A model generated the notes under the pieces. It saw only the letters and a program-made list of their open reading frames with translations, ran no database searches and was not told the origin of the DNA. The position numbers and the translations under genes are program-made. From the NCBI GenBank assembly GCA_002269645.1, contig NIVC01001246.1, positions 100,197 through 164,196 of the forward strand: a stretch of 64,000 nt of DNA, written 5' to 3'. The DNA comes from Macrostomum lignano (lineage: Eukaryota). Shown piece by piece: positions 23,901 through 34,180 of this stretch. Position 1 is the first letter of the stretch, and each line of letters starts with the position of its first letter.

Positions 23901-25319
23901 GAGCTGCTAGCCGAAGGCTTGGCCGTCAGCGACGCTGAGGAAGGCGACGAAGATGTTGACGACATGCCTGGCGGCGAGCATCGACCAGCGGCAACTGTTC
24001 GCGGCGAACCGTCGCTGGAGCCGCGTCGAGTCTTCGACGGCTCTGCTGCTGCGGCGGCCGCGGCAGCGGCGGCGGCTGCCGACGAAGAATCCGACGGTGG
24101 AATCGGCGACACGGCTGCCGCTGCAGCGGACGACTCGAAGAAGGCGTCAACTGGACTGAACGCCGACGAGCGAGTCGGCATGGTGAAGAAGCTGCATCCC
24201 GCCTTTCTCAACTACTCATTCGATGCTGGTAAACATCGGAGCTGCGAGCTGACCGTGGCGCTCAAGGATATTGAAGGTCGGTTGGATTTGGCCAGTCTGG
24301 TTGGTCAGCTGGCCGAGAGCAGCGTGGTGCACAAAGCGCCGAAGGTTGGTGCAGATTGTTTTCTTCCACTACTTCCCTGATAATCTCCAGTCTCTTCTCT
24401 GATAATCATCCCCAATTTCTTAGAATAGTCCTAGGAAGAGACCCTTTTAAGAGCCAATCTGACCCTAAACTACCCTTTTAAGAATCAATCTGACCCTAAA
24501 CTACCCTCTTGAGAATAGCCCTGACTCTCGATTCATATTCCTAAGAATCGCTCCATGAATCAACAACCCCATTAAAATCCCGAACTCTACAATGCACCTG
24601 TCCAGGTGGAACGAGCCAGCCTAGACAAGTCCAAACTGCCCTGGATACTCCGCGTCGAAGGCGTCAACCTGGATTTAGTTCGTCCGCACAGCGACTTGCT
24701 AGATTTAAACTCCGCCTACACCAACAACATCCGGGTGATGCAGTCCGCCTACGGCATCGAAGCCGCCGCCAGTTGTATCGTTCGCGAAGTTCGCGACGTA
24801 TTTAAGCACTACGGCATCGGGGTGGACCCGCGCCATCTCAGCCTGGTGTCGGACTACATGACCAACAGCGGCACCTATCTGGCGTTCAGTCGCCACGGCA
24901 TGATCGGCCAGCCGTCCGCTCTGCAGCGAATGTCGTTCGAGACTTCGTCAGTGGTGCTGAAAGACGCCGTGCTGGCCGCCGCTCGAGACGACATGCGGTC
25001 GCCGTCGGCTTGCATCATGGCTGGCAGGCCGCCCGTAGCCTGCGGCACCGGCTCGTTCGACCTGTTGCACCTGTTGCCGTTGAGCGCTAAAAAGTCCAAA
25101 GGCGCCGAGTCTGTCCGACTTGGCCCAGTCGAGGCCGTGTCGATGGGCCGGGCCGGTGACAAGTCGGCCGCTGACAAGTCGAAACAGATTTTATCGCCGA
25201 AGCAGCAACACCATCGGCATCGCCATGGTAATAAAATTGTTAGCAAGTCCAAACAAGAACCTATCGATCAGGTGGTGCTTGATCACGAAGATGAAGCTCT
25301 GCTGCTGAGCTCGGATTGA
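10242..25319 (+). CDS. POLR1A: DNA-directed RNA polymerase I largest subunit (RPA1/A190); join(10242..10738,11618..11747,12132..12962,13262..13394,14451..14859,15547..15739,15841..16044,16691..17200,18506..19093,22061..22550,22761..23032,23643..24344,24606..25319)
   Basis: Zn site CxxC...[10 protein letters not shown]; [17 protein letters not shown]; RQPTLHRPS; catalytic [10 protein letters not shown]; [21 protein letters not shown]; [16 protein letters not shown]; GTGSFDL. All junctions are GT-AG and phase-consistent (5673 nt). The 5' end and start codon are unresolved. Confidence 0.96.
10790..11340 (+). repeat. 38-bp minisatellite, POLR1A intron 1
   Basis: AAGACTTTCTAAGAAACGCCTCTATCCGTTACAAAAAT units; degenerate copies continue to ~11460. 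Confidence 0.95.
11765..12030 (+). repeat. (GACA/GATA/GGCA)n simple repeat, POLR1A intron 2
   Basis: CAGACAGA runs. Confidence 0.95.
12968..13160 (+). repeat. (TATC/TGCC/TGTC)n repeat, POLR1A intron 3
   Basis: TATCTGCCTATC runs. Confidence 0.9.
13500..14060 (-). repeat. 38-bp minisatellite, POLR1A intron 4 (reverse complement of the intron 1 array)
   Basis: ATTTTTGTAACGGATAGAGGCGTTTCTTAGAAAGTCTT units. Confidence 0.95.
14945..15240. repeat. 20-bp minisatellite, POLR1A intron 5
   Basis: CTGGGTGTCTATGGCGTAAG units. Confidence 0.9.
15330..15515. repeat. 22-bp minisatellite, POLR1A intron 5
   Basis: CTGACTGTCTGTAATGCAACAC units. Confidence 0.9.
15547..15739 (+). CDS. POLR1A: POLR1A exon carrying the catalytic aspartate triad
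   Basis: [20 protein letters not shown]. Confidence 0.95.
16075..16500. repeat. 32-bp minisatellite, POLR1A intron 7
   Basis: GCTGTAGTAGATTGTTATCCACTCTACCCGAT units. Confidence 0.9.
17250..18430. repeat. TGTC-based 14-bp repeat, POLR1A intron 8
   Basis: CTGTGTCTGTCTG(A/G) units. Confidence 0.95.
19120..21905. repeat. 2.8-kb 22-bp minisatellite, POLR1A intron 9
   Basis: GATCCTAATGGCGCTTCTTTGT units with variant blocks. Confidence 0.97.
21907..21980 (+). mobile_element. hAT-like MITE terminus (fragment)
   Basis: AGGGGTCGGCAAACC resembles hAT terminal repeats; a homologous inverted end lies at 34680-34794. Confidence 0.4.
23150..23540. repeat. 26-bp minisatellite, POLR1A intron 11
   Basis: ACACTTCCGGTCCGCTAATATAGATT units. 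Confidence 0.92.
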
Positions 25320-26014
25320 TAAATCAATGCCTTGAAACTATAATAAAAATCCATCTTAATTGATAGTCGATTCAATAAGTGAAGCGAGTCCGGTCAATTA
25401 AAGTACTTTTAATATAATATACTAGTAATCATTTTTAACCTGCATTTTATTGCGTTGCGTTCATCTATATTGTTGTTTACCATTTGTTTATGATTACTTA
25501 TAACAATTTCCCGAAAGAAATCATGTCTCTGGTTGTTAGGTTTCAAATTGGTTTTGTTGCTTGAAAGAAAATGGAAAAAACGTTGGTCAACCCTTTTTTT
25601 CCTCAAAGGCGCGTGCATTTTGGTGCGAAAAATCTTATCTAAGAGATTTCACTGCGTCTTCGATGGCAACATGTTGCTGTCTTTTTTGGATTAAAGTTTC
25701 CGTGTGTTTTTCTTTTATTTCTTTTCCTAGTTTAAAGGGCAAACTTCTTTACCTGAAGGTTCAGAGAGAAGGATAAGAGAAAAGATAAGAAGAGATAAAT
25801 CGAGGGAAGAGGGGGGATAGAAGACGAAGAGAGCTGCGAAGACACACACAGACCTTGAGCGGGTCGTATTGTTAATGTAAAGTGTCAAGGGACCCCCCGA
25901 GAGATGCTTTGCAGCAATTGCGGGCCCACGGGCTGGTCCATAGAAGGCTATAAGACTGCTTTTGCTTTTTAACAAAGTAAATATAATAGAATGCTTATAT
26001 TCAAACTAGACACA

Positions 26015-26145
26015 TGGGGCCGTATGCAGAAAGCCTGGTCCAGACTAGCTAGTCTGGACTTGGGTAGTTCAGTCTATAGTCTATGGTCTAGCTACCCTAG
26101 TTCTGCTATAGTAGACTGATCTAACTTTGTGTTTCTGCATACCAA
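26015..26145. mobile_element. Short palindromic MITE-like element (Harbinger-like ends)
   Basis: GTATGCAGAAA (26022) / TTTCTGCATAC (26132) inverted pair and internal palindrome CCAGACTAGCTAGTCTGG. Confidence 0.35.
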
Positions 26146-26628
26146 ATCCAAGTCTAGACTAGCTTTTCAAGACCGGACTACCCTAGATTTTAGTATCCCG
26201 TATATTCAGATAATTCTCTCCCAACCCCAATCCAATAGTGTGTACATTTGTACACCCTCGCATAGGCAACGCAAGCGTGGCGTTTGAGAGAGGTGGGTGA
26301 CTCGCCAATCTAAAAATATACTGTTCACTGCTCCTTAGTGTACACTTGCTGCAGCGGGGCGGGGCTAGACTCTAGAAAATAGCTATGTTGCTTTTCTAAA
26401 AGCGAAAATTATGTTTGCACTGTACAGTCAGTTAGTCTATCTTTCTCTATCTTGGTACCTTGTTTAGCGGAAAATTGAAAGCAGAAAGGCTTAGATTTTT
26501 CTGTTTGAATCCGCCTAGTTAATTGCATTCTTGATATTTAACTTACCCATGCTCCCACCCTCCTCCATTGCAAGGTTCACCGTAAAAAGGCCATACTAGA
26601 GCCTAATAACTAACAGAGCATTGCACGA

Positions 26629-29600
26629 ATGGCCCAGCAACCAGGTGGGCCCGAGTTGCAGCGTCAGTGCCAACCGCACAGCATAGTGTCAGAAGAAGAC
26701 TTCGTTGTGATTGCCGGTAGCGGAGGTTCTTCCCCCTCGAGTCTGCAGTCTCCCGGTACGGAGGCAACCAACTACCAGCTGTCTCTGACCGCTGCAACTG
26801 CCTCATCATCATCGGAGTCTGAGCTGCAGAAGATGGCCCAGCAGATCAGCCAGGTGAGCCAGCAGCAGGCCAGTCTGCACGACAGCCTGAGAGACAACAG
26901 CGGAAGTCTGGAGCAGCTTCGCAACCTGATGCGGGAACGACAAGCCGAGATGAAGAAGAAGCTGGCAGACAAGGATGCTGAGCTGGGAGAAAAGACTGAG
27001 CAGTGCGAGGCTCTGCTAGCCAGCAGTGAGCAGATGAAGGCCGAGTTGGCGAGGCTGGGCACCCGAGAGGAGGAGTGGCAGCAGACCAGCGAAGACTACC
27101 AGAAACTGAAGAACCAGTACAACCTGCTGACCAACACCAAGGAGCGCCTGGAGTCTGAGAAGGCCGACCTGCAGCGCAGCAGAGATGAGACGCTGGCGGC
27201 TGAGACGCAGAAGCTGCAGGCCAAGTTTGATGAAGAACGAAGCGCTGCGGTGGAGGCTGAGCGAGACAAGTGGCAGCAGGAGTTGGCTGAGCTGCAGGCC
27301 AATCACGCTGCTGAGGTCAAAGCGCTACACCTGGAGCTGACAGGTGCAAAGAAGGAAAATGAAGGCAACTTGCAGGCTGCTGAAGCTGAGAATGAGCGAG
27401 CGCTGACCTCAGAGCGGGAGAGATGTCGAGCAGAGGCTGACAGACTTGTTGCTGAGCACGCGAGCGCTATTGAAGCGATGAGGAAAGAGTTTGAGGAGAA
27501 AATCCGAGAGCAGGAGAGGCTGACCGAGGAAGCCAGGCGGGAACTGCAGGAGCTCAGCGAGAAGCACGAGGCAGAGAAGGCCGAGATGTTTGAGTTGGTT
27601 AAGCAGTTTGGTGTGAGTAGCTTCTCCACCGATAACTTCAGAAGCAACGATGCTGGCACGATGACCGACTCCTCTGCTTCTGGTGGCAACTATCCCGAGC
27701 TTCACGAAGTCCGGACAGTGCTCAGTAGGCAAGCAGTGCAGGAGCAGAGTGCGAGCCCCACTGAGTCAGTCGCGGGCCCTCCGGGTGTGGGTGTCGCTGT
27801 GGCCTCCATTGCGGTTTCGGTCTCGCGATCTGATGCGGGTACGTCAATGGACGATTCTTTCAACAGTGTTGTTGATCAGTCTACGAGCACGTCTGAGACT
27901 GCTGATGGACAAGAAGAAAGTTCTTCGAGTAATGTTGAAGGTTCCGGAGCTGTTGACCAGTTACAAACTACTGAAATCGAAGTCAAAACAGTGGAGAGTC
28001 AAACAGATCCTTTGGAGTGCCCGCAAATTGAAAATTCCGAGTCGCTTCAAAAGAAGAGCCACACCAGAAATTTGACCATGCAGTTGGCTTTATTTGCTGC
28101 TTCATTGAAGACTGAGAGACAGAAAGTGGAGGATTTGGAGACCAGGTGCGTTTGTTTGCTGGTTTTGTATGGGCTGCTACCATGTAGTTGAGGTACAAGT
28201 TAAAAGATCAACTTGGTCGTAAACTTTAAATCATAGAACGGTGTTAGATGTAGAGCTTTCAACTATGGTCCCTATCGAGGTCAAATTCTATAAAAACATT
28301 TTTTGGATTATTCTAGATACCCTGTGTGAGTGCGTGCCTGCGTGTACAGTATTGGCGCACTTGTACATGTGGTCAGGAGTCAGCTGAATGGTCAGAATTG
28401 CCTCAGAGCCTCAGGCTGTGGGACCATGTCTGAACTAATTTTCAGCAGCAGAAGAAAAAAGGGGAAATCTAGGCAAGATTCTGCTCTGCTGATATCCATC
28501 TGAAATTTTTCTGCAATTCTTTTCAGCATCAAGAAACTTGAGAAGGAGAATGCCACGCTCAAACAGACTACCAGCCAGACTCTGAGTAAGAAACAGAATG
28601 AAGAGTCTGTTAGTGTGCTGCAAAAGCAGCTCGATGAGAAGCAGAGCGAGCTGGACAGTGTGATCAAAGACCTCGATGAGACCCGTAACAAAGTGTGCGA
28701 GCTTACTGAGAAAGTCAAGCACTATGAGAGTCAAAAAATGAAGCGAGCGGTGCACGGCGAGACGGTTGGCGAGAACTCCGATGCTCAAAAAGCTGAAGCA
28801 ATCCGGGAGCTGCGTAAACAGCTGGAGGAGAAGCAGATGGAGTTGGACAGTTTGCTTCAAGACTTTGATGAGACTCGGCACACGGTCTACCAGCTCAATG
28901 AGAAGGTCAATGAGTACAAGAGTCAGTGAGTGATGCTGACGACAACATACATGTACCACTTTTAGTACACGGAATAAAGTTTTAAGATTGAAGCATGAAA
29001 AAAGTTTAAGACGAGAAATCCCAGTTTGAATTGCATCCCAGTTTGTGCAGTTCATAACCGCTTCTTGTGCAAACGTACTAAAATCATTAGACTTTATTAG
29101 TCAGTGAGTTTCTACGGGAGCTGATGAAACCCGCCAATCTCCAGGGCGGAGCAGCGGGCCCAGCTGGCCAGCAGTCGCGCGTCTGCCGACCGCGGAGACG
29201 CCACCGCCACCGGCAGGCTGGAGAAGCTGCTGGCAGAGAAGCAGGTAGAGCTGGACAGCGTGCTCGAAGATTTTGACGAGACTCGACACAAAGTCTACGA
29301 GCTCAACGAGAAGATTAAGGACTACGAGAGACGGTAAACCTTTTGCTATACTTTCCATATATTCACATCCGGGTTCGTCGCTTCATTATAACAAATTTGT
29401 TCGATTTTCCAAATTCCAGAGACGACCGTCGCGACAACGTCGCCAACGTTCGAGCCGACGGAGACGTCAGCAAGCTGCAGACTCAGCTGACTAAAAAGCA
29501 GGAAGAGCTGGACAGCTTGACTGAAGATCTGGACGAGACTAGGCATAAAGTGTACGAACTGAATGAGAAGGTCAAGGACTACGAGAATCGGTGAGCTTAG

Positions 29601-31704
29601 GATAGAAATCCTTTGAGTCGTCGTGATCCTTCTGGTGGCATCTGGTGCCTTCCCTGATCATTCAGGTGGCATCTGGTGCCCCCTCCCTGATCCTTCAGGT
29701 GGCATATGGTGCCCCCTCCCTGATCCTTTAGGTGGCATCCAGTGCCCCCTCCCTGAACCTTCCAGCGGCCTCTGCTGTCCCTTCCTTGATTATTCCGTTG
29801 GTCCTATTACCCTCTAATCACCCAGATCCTCTGCTACCCCCTACGCAGCAAGGGAGAGAGAGATAAGAATAACAAGATTGAGCTAGACAAAGAGAGAGAG
29901 AAAACAGTAAACAGAGACAAGTGAAGGTGAACTAAAGAAAGAACTAGAAAAGTCGCGACAACCTCCTTCAGGTTGCTGTGTCCACTCCCTTCCTTCAGAC
30001 ATCTTACAGAATCTATCCCTACCGATTTTGTAAAGCTTGGCCAGGAGATCTGAACAAACTAATAAGCTTAAAAAAGTTTTTAATTACTATTTCCAATGAA
30101 TTCTATAGCGGCATGCATCCCAGCCCAGCCCAGACGGAAGTCAAGAACGGCGGTGCTGAAGCCAACAGCATGCAGCAAGCTGATGAGGCGGCCAAGCTGC
30201 AAAAGCAGCTGGAGCAGAAGCAGAGTGAGCTGGACAGCGTGCTAGAAGATTTTGATGAGACTCGACACAAAGTATACGAACTGAATGAGAAAATAAAAAC
30301 TCTGGAGAGCGGGTAAGCATACGGGTCTTAAACTCTTTTATTAGCGGCTTTTGTTAGCGCAAGCAATGACTCCCGACCTCCTCTCGGCTTTTCAGCTCTG
30401 CTCAAGGCAACTCGCAGACAGAAAAACTGCAGCAGGAGATCAGGGAATTGAAGAGCCAGGCTGAAATTGACAAGAATATGGCAAAGTAAGTAGATTAATC
30501 AATTTTCAGCAGCTATTGTCTGCTGTATTATACTCCATCACGCTCCGTACATTCATTTCCAATTTGCAGTCAGCTGCACATGGAAATTGAATCAGCGCGC
30601 AATGAACAATCCTTCAAAGCCAAGAAGCTTCAGGCGGCCGAGACTGAAGTTGAGAAGCTGACTGAAGAGCTTCGCAAGATGAAGGAGTTGGAGGATGAAC
30701 TCAGAAAGCAGTGCCGAGAGAGCGACGAGACTGTACGACAGGTTTTTGCCAAGTCAGATGAGAGCGAGAAAGAGCTCAGGAGACTGAGACAGGACTGCGA
30801 AGCACAGCGAGAGGCTTTGGAGCAGCACAGAAATCTGATTGAGCAGAAGGCTGATTTGGAGTCTCAGCTGAGGGAAACCATTGATGAGCTGAATCAGAGA
30901 AACGAGTCTCATGCCGAGGAGAGCGAGCAAAAACTGATTATAGAGAAGCGCAAATCTGAGCAACTATATAAGAAGCTATGCGAGCAGTCTGAAATGCGGC
31001 TCAATACTGAGCAACAGCTCAAAACTGCTAACGAGCAAGTGAAGCAGGAGAATCAGAAGCAGATTCAGCTACAGCGGCAGCAAGAGGCAACGCAGCAGGA
31101 GCTGAGGCAGCGCAATGCTCAGCTTGATCAACTGAGACAGCAGTTAGAACAAGCAAACAGCAACTTGCAGGACTCTGAGAAGTTTGCCGCCGATTTGCAA
31201 AGCTACTCTGACGGAGTTGATAGAGAACTTGAAAACGTGAGGCAACAGTTCACAGAGTGCAGCAAAAAGCGCGATGACGTCATCAAAGTGGCCGAGCAGA
31301 TGCGTCAGAGGCTTGAAGAAGAGTTGGGCAAATCGGCGACTGCTCATACTGAGCTGGAGCAGTTGAAGCTTGAGCACGCAAAGCTGCGCAGTGACTACTC
31401 AGGTATGGAGCGGACAATGACTGAAATGCTGACTAGAGAGCACGAGTTGAACACGCAGCTGGCAGAGGCTCAGGGGAAACTGAGACAGGCTGAGGAAGCA
31501 ATCGGATGGTTCAAGCAAGAGCTGCCTCGAAAAGATGGCGAAATCGCGAATCTGACTGATGAGGTCCACACGCTGAGAGAAAGAGTCAACACCCTGCTTG
31601 AGAACTTGGCTGACCAGGAGCAGCTAAATAATTACCAGTCCGGAAACGATCTGTTTAACAAACATCGCTCCATGAGACCGCCTGGCGGTGGCCGCAACGT
31701 GTGA
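26629..31704 (+). CDS. Large coiled-coil protein (~1234 aa) with N-terminal LIR-like motif and five internal repeats; join(26629..28145,28527..28925,29145..29333,29420..29590,30109..30312,30396..30485,30570..31704)
   Basis: Long E/Q/K/L-rich heptad ORFs. All six introns are GT-AG and phase 2. The spliced length of 3705 nt is in frame. Family not recognised. Confidence 0.85.
29625..29790. repeat. 33-bp minisatellite in a coiled-coil gene intron
   Basis: GGTGGCATCTGGTGCCCCCTCCCTGATCCTTCA units. Confidence 0.85.
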
Positions 31705-32364
31705 ATAATAATTTTTAACCTTTCGATTTTAGATTGACCTACCAGATTTATCAATCGACAATAATGAGTACATGTGCGTGGTCTATATTGATTTTGGTAA
31801 GGCTGTATGACCGAAATTGCTAAGTATCGTTCAGTCATTCCTATATTGATTATTCAGTTACTCCCGATAATAACTTTTTTTCTTTAATCCAAGCGAGACC
31901 CTTTATCTGAGTTTAAAACGAACTTGTTCAGTTACACAATGGGCCTATATTATATTGTCCCTAATTTTTTGCATACTGTTTCTATGTCATGTTCGTCTTT
32001 TTATTCAGATGTTGCAATGATTGCAACCACAGGATAGTAATATTAGTAGCAACTGTCGTGTTTTGTAAAGTATCTTGTCTATAACAATAATTAAAAACTA
32101 AAAAAAAACTCTCATTGATTCTGTCTTTCTCATAGTTTCCCGGATCAATTGCGCGTATCCTTACTTAAAAAGCACTGTTAAAATCTTTTTTCTTCTAAAG
32201 CTACCGAAAAAATATATTTTTAAATACAAACAGAAATTTATTCAACTGCCATTGTCAGCTAAAATTCTATAAGCTTCTTTGTGTCGATATATCTTTGTAA
32301 ATTTTTCTTAATAAAGATTTTTAGAATCATAACTTTAAATATTTATATTTGGTATTGTCTATAA

Positions 32365-33790
32365 AAATTTACAAAAGACACGAGAGGTGGACAGACAGAT
32401 ACAAGAGAGTAGCAGACAAGACACGGGAGAGTGACCGACAGAAGACACTGAAGAGTGACAGCCAAAATATCCAAGAGACTGACAGACAAATGCGAGAGAG
32501 TAGCAGACAAAATATACAAGAGATTGACAGGCAAAAGACACGAGAGACACGAGAGAGTGACAGACAAAATATACAAGAGAGTGACAGACAAATGCGAGAA
32601 AGTAGCAGACAAAATATACAAGAGATTGACAGGCAAAAGACACGAGAGACACGAGAGAGTGACAGACAAAATATACAAGAGAGTGTCAGACAAGACACGA
32701 GAGTGACAGGCGAAAGACACTGAAGAGTGACAGACAAAAGATCCAAGAGAGTGACAGACGAAAAAAACAAGAGATTAACAGACAAATTATACAAGAGAGT
32801 GACAGACAAAAGATACCAAAGATTGACAGACATGGCACAAGAGAGTGACAGGCAAAAGACACTAAAGAGTGACAGACAAAAGACACTAAAGAGTGAAGAC
32901 AAAAGATCCAAGAGAGTGACAGACAAAAGATCCAAGAGAGTGACAGACAATAGATCCATGAGAGTGACAGACAAATGCGAGAGAGTAGCAGACAAAATAT
33001 ACAAGAGATTGACAGGCAAAAGACACGAGAGAGTGACCGACAAAATATACAAGAGAGTGTCAGACAAGACACGAGAGTGACAGGCAAAAGACACTGGAGA
33101 GTGACAGACAAAAGACACGAGAGAGTGACCGACAAAAGACACTGAAGAGTGACAGACAAAAGATCCAAGAGAGTGACAGACGAAAAAAACAAGAGAGTAA
33201 CAGACAAATGATACAAGAGAGTGACAGACAAAAGATACAAAAGAGTGACAGATGGCACAAGAGAGTGACAGGCAAAATACGCGAGAGAGTGACCGACAAA
33301 AGACACTGAAGAGTGTGACAGACAAAAGATACAAGAGAGTGACTTACAAAAGACACGAGAGAGTGACCGACAAAAGACACTAAAGAGTGACAGACAAAAG
33401 ATCCAAGAGAGTGACAGACAAAAGATACAAGAGAGTGACAGACAAAAGATACAAGAGAGTAACAGACAAATGATACAAGAGAGTGACAGACAAAAGATAC
33501 AAGAGAGTGACAGACAACAGATACAAGAGAGTGACAGACAAAAGATACAAGAGAGTGACAGACAACAGATACAAGAGAGTGACAGACAAAAGATACAAGA
33601 GAGTGACAGACAACAGATACAAGAGAGTGACAGACAAATGATACAAGAGAGTGACATACGAAAGATCCAAGAGAGTGACAGACAAATGATACAAGAGAGT
33701 GACAGACAAAAGATACAAGAGAGTGAAAAGACAAAATATACATTGCAAGAGAGTGACAGACAAGAGACACATGGAGGCTGACAGGCAAAA
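32365..33790. repeat. Complex purine-rich repeat (24-bp core) with larger internal duplications
   Basis: GAGAGTGACAGACAAAAGATACAA units; source of many spurious ORFs. Confidence 0.95.
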
Positions 33791-34180
33791 TACAAGGACT
33801 ATTGTAGTTCTCGTATAACAGGACACAAAACTCGAAGATCGTGTAATCTTTAGAAGGTCAATTTCTTGGAAGGAAATACACTGCAGAGTCAGGAAAAATC
33901 TTTTTCATCACAAAATCAATGATTGCATTTGATCTGGGGTAGTGATTCGTGATTCGTGACTGTTGTATTTTATGTAGTTGTGCAGTTAAAGATAAATTTT
34001 CATCTTTTTAAAAAACTGAAGCCCAAGTTGTAAATACTCGTACTCACAAGCGAAAGTTTTGTTCGTTTTTAAATAAAGTATATTTGTAATAAAATTTTTA
34101 TATGCATCAATTGCTATACTACATTGGTCCTTGACAGAATATAGGTAAGTGAAGATCAACTTCGGTCATAAAAACCGTCC

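Noticed and set aside
11606-24211. Antisense ORFs overlapping POLR1A, coiled-coil and TOGARAM1 exons
   Set aside because: These are the expected shadow frames of GC-rich coding sequence, with no independent support.
32343-33826. Long ORFs of up to 369 aa in the ORF track (also 7504, 38193, 42118, 43085, 46006, 47784, 55195, 57369, 59923-61407)
   Set aside because: They are stop-free translations of tandem repeats, mostly intronic, with no splice or codon support.
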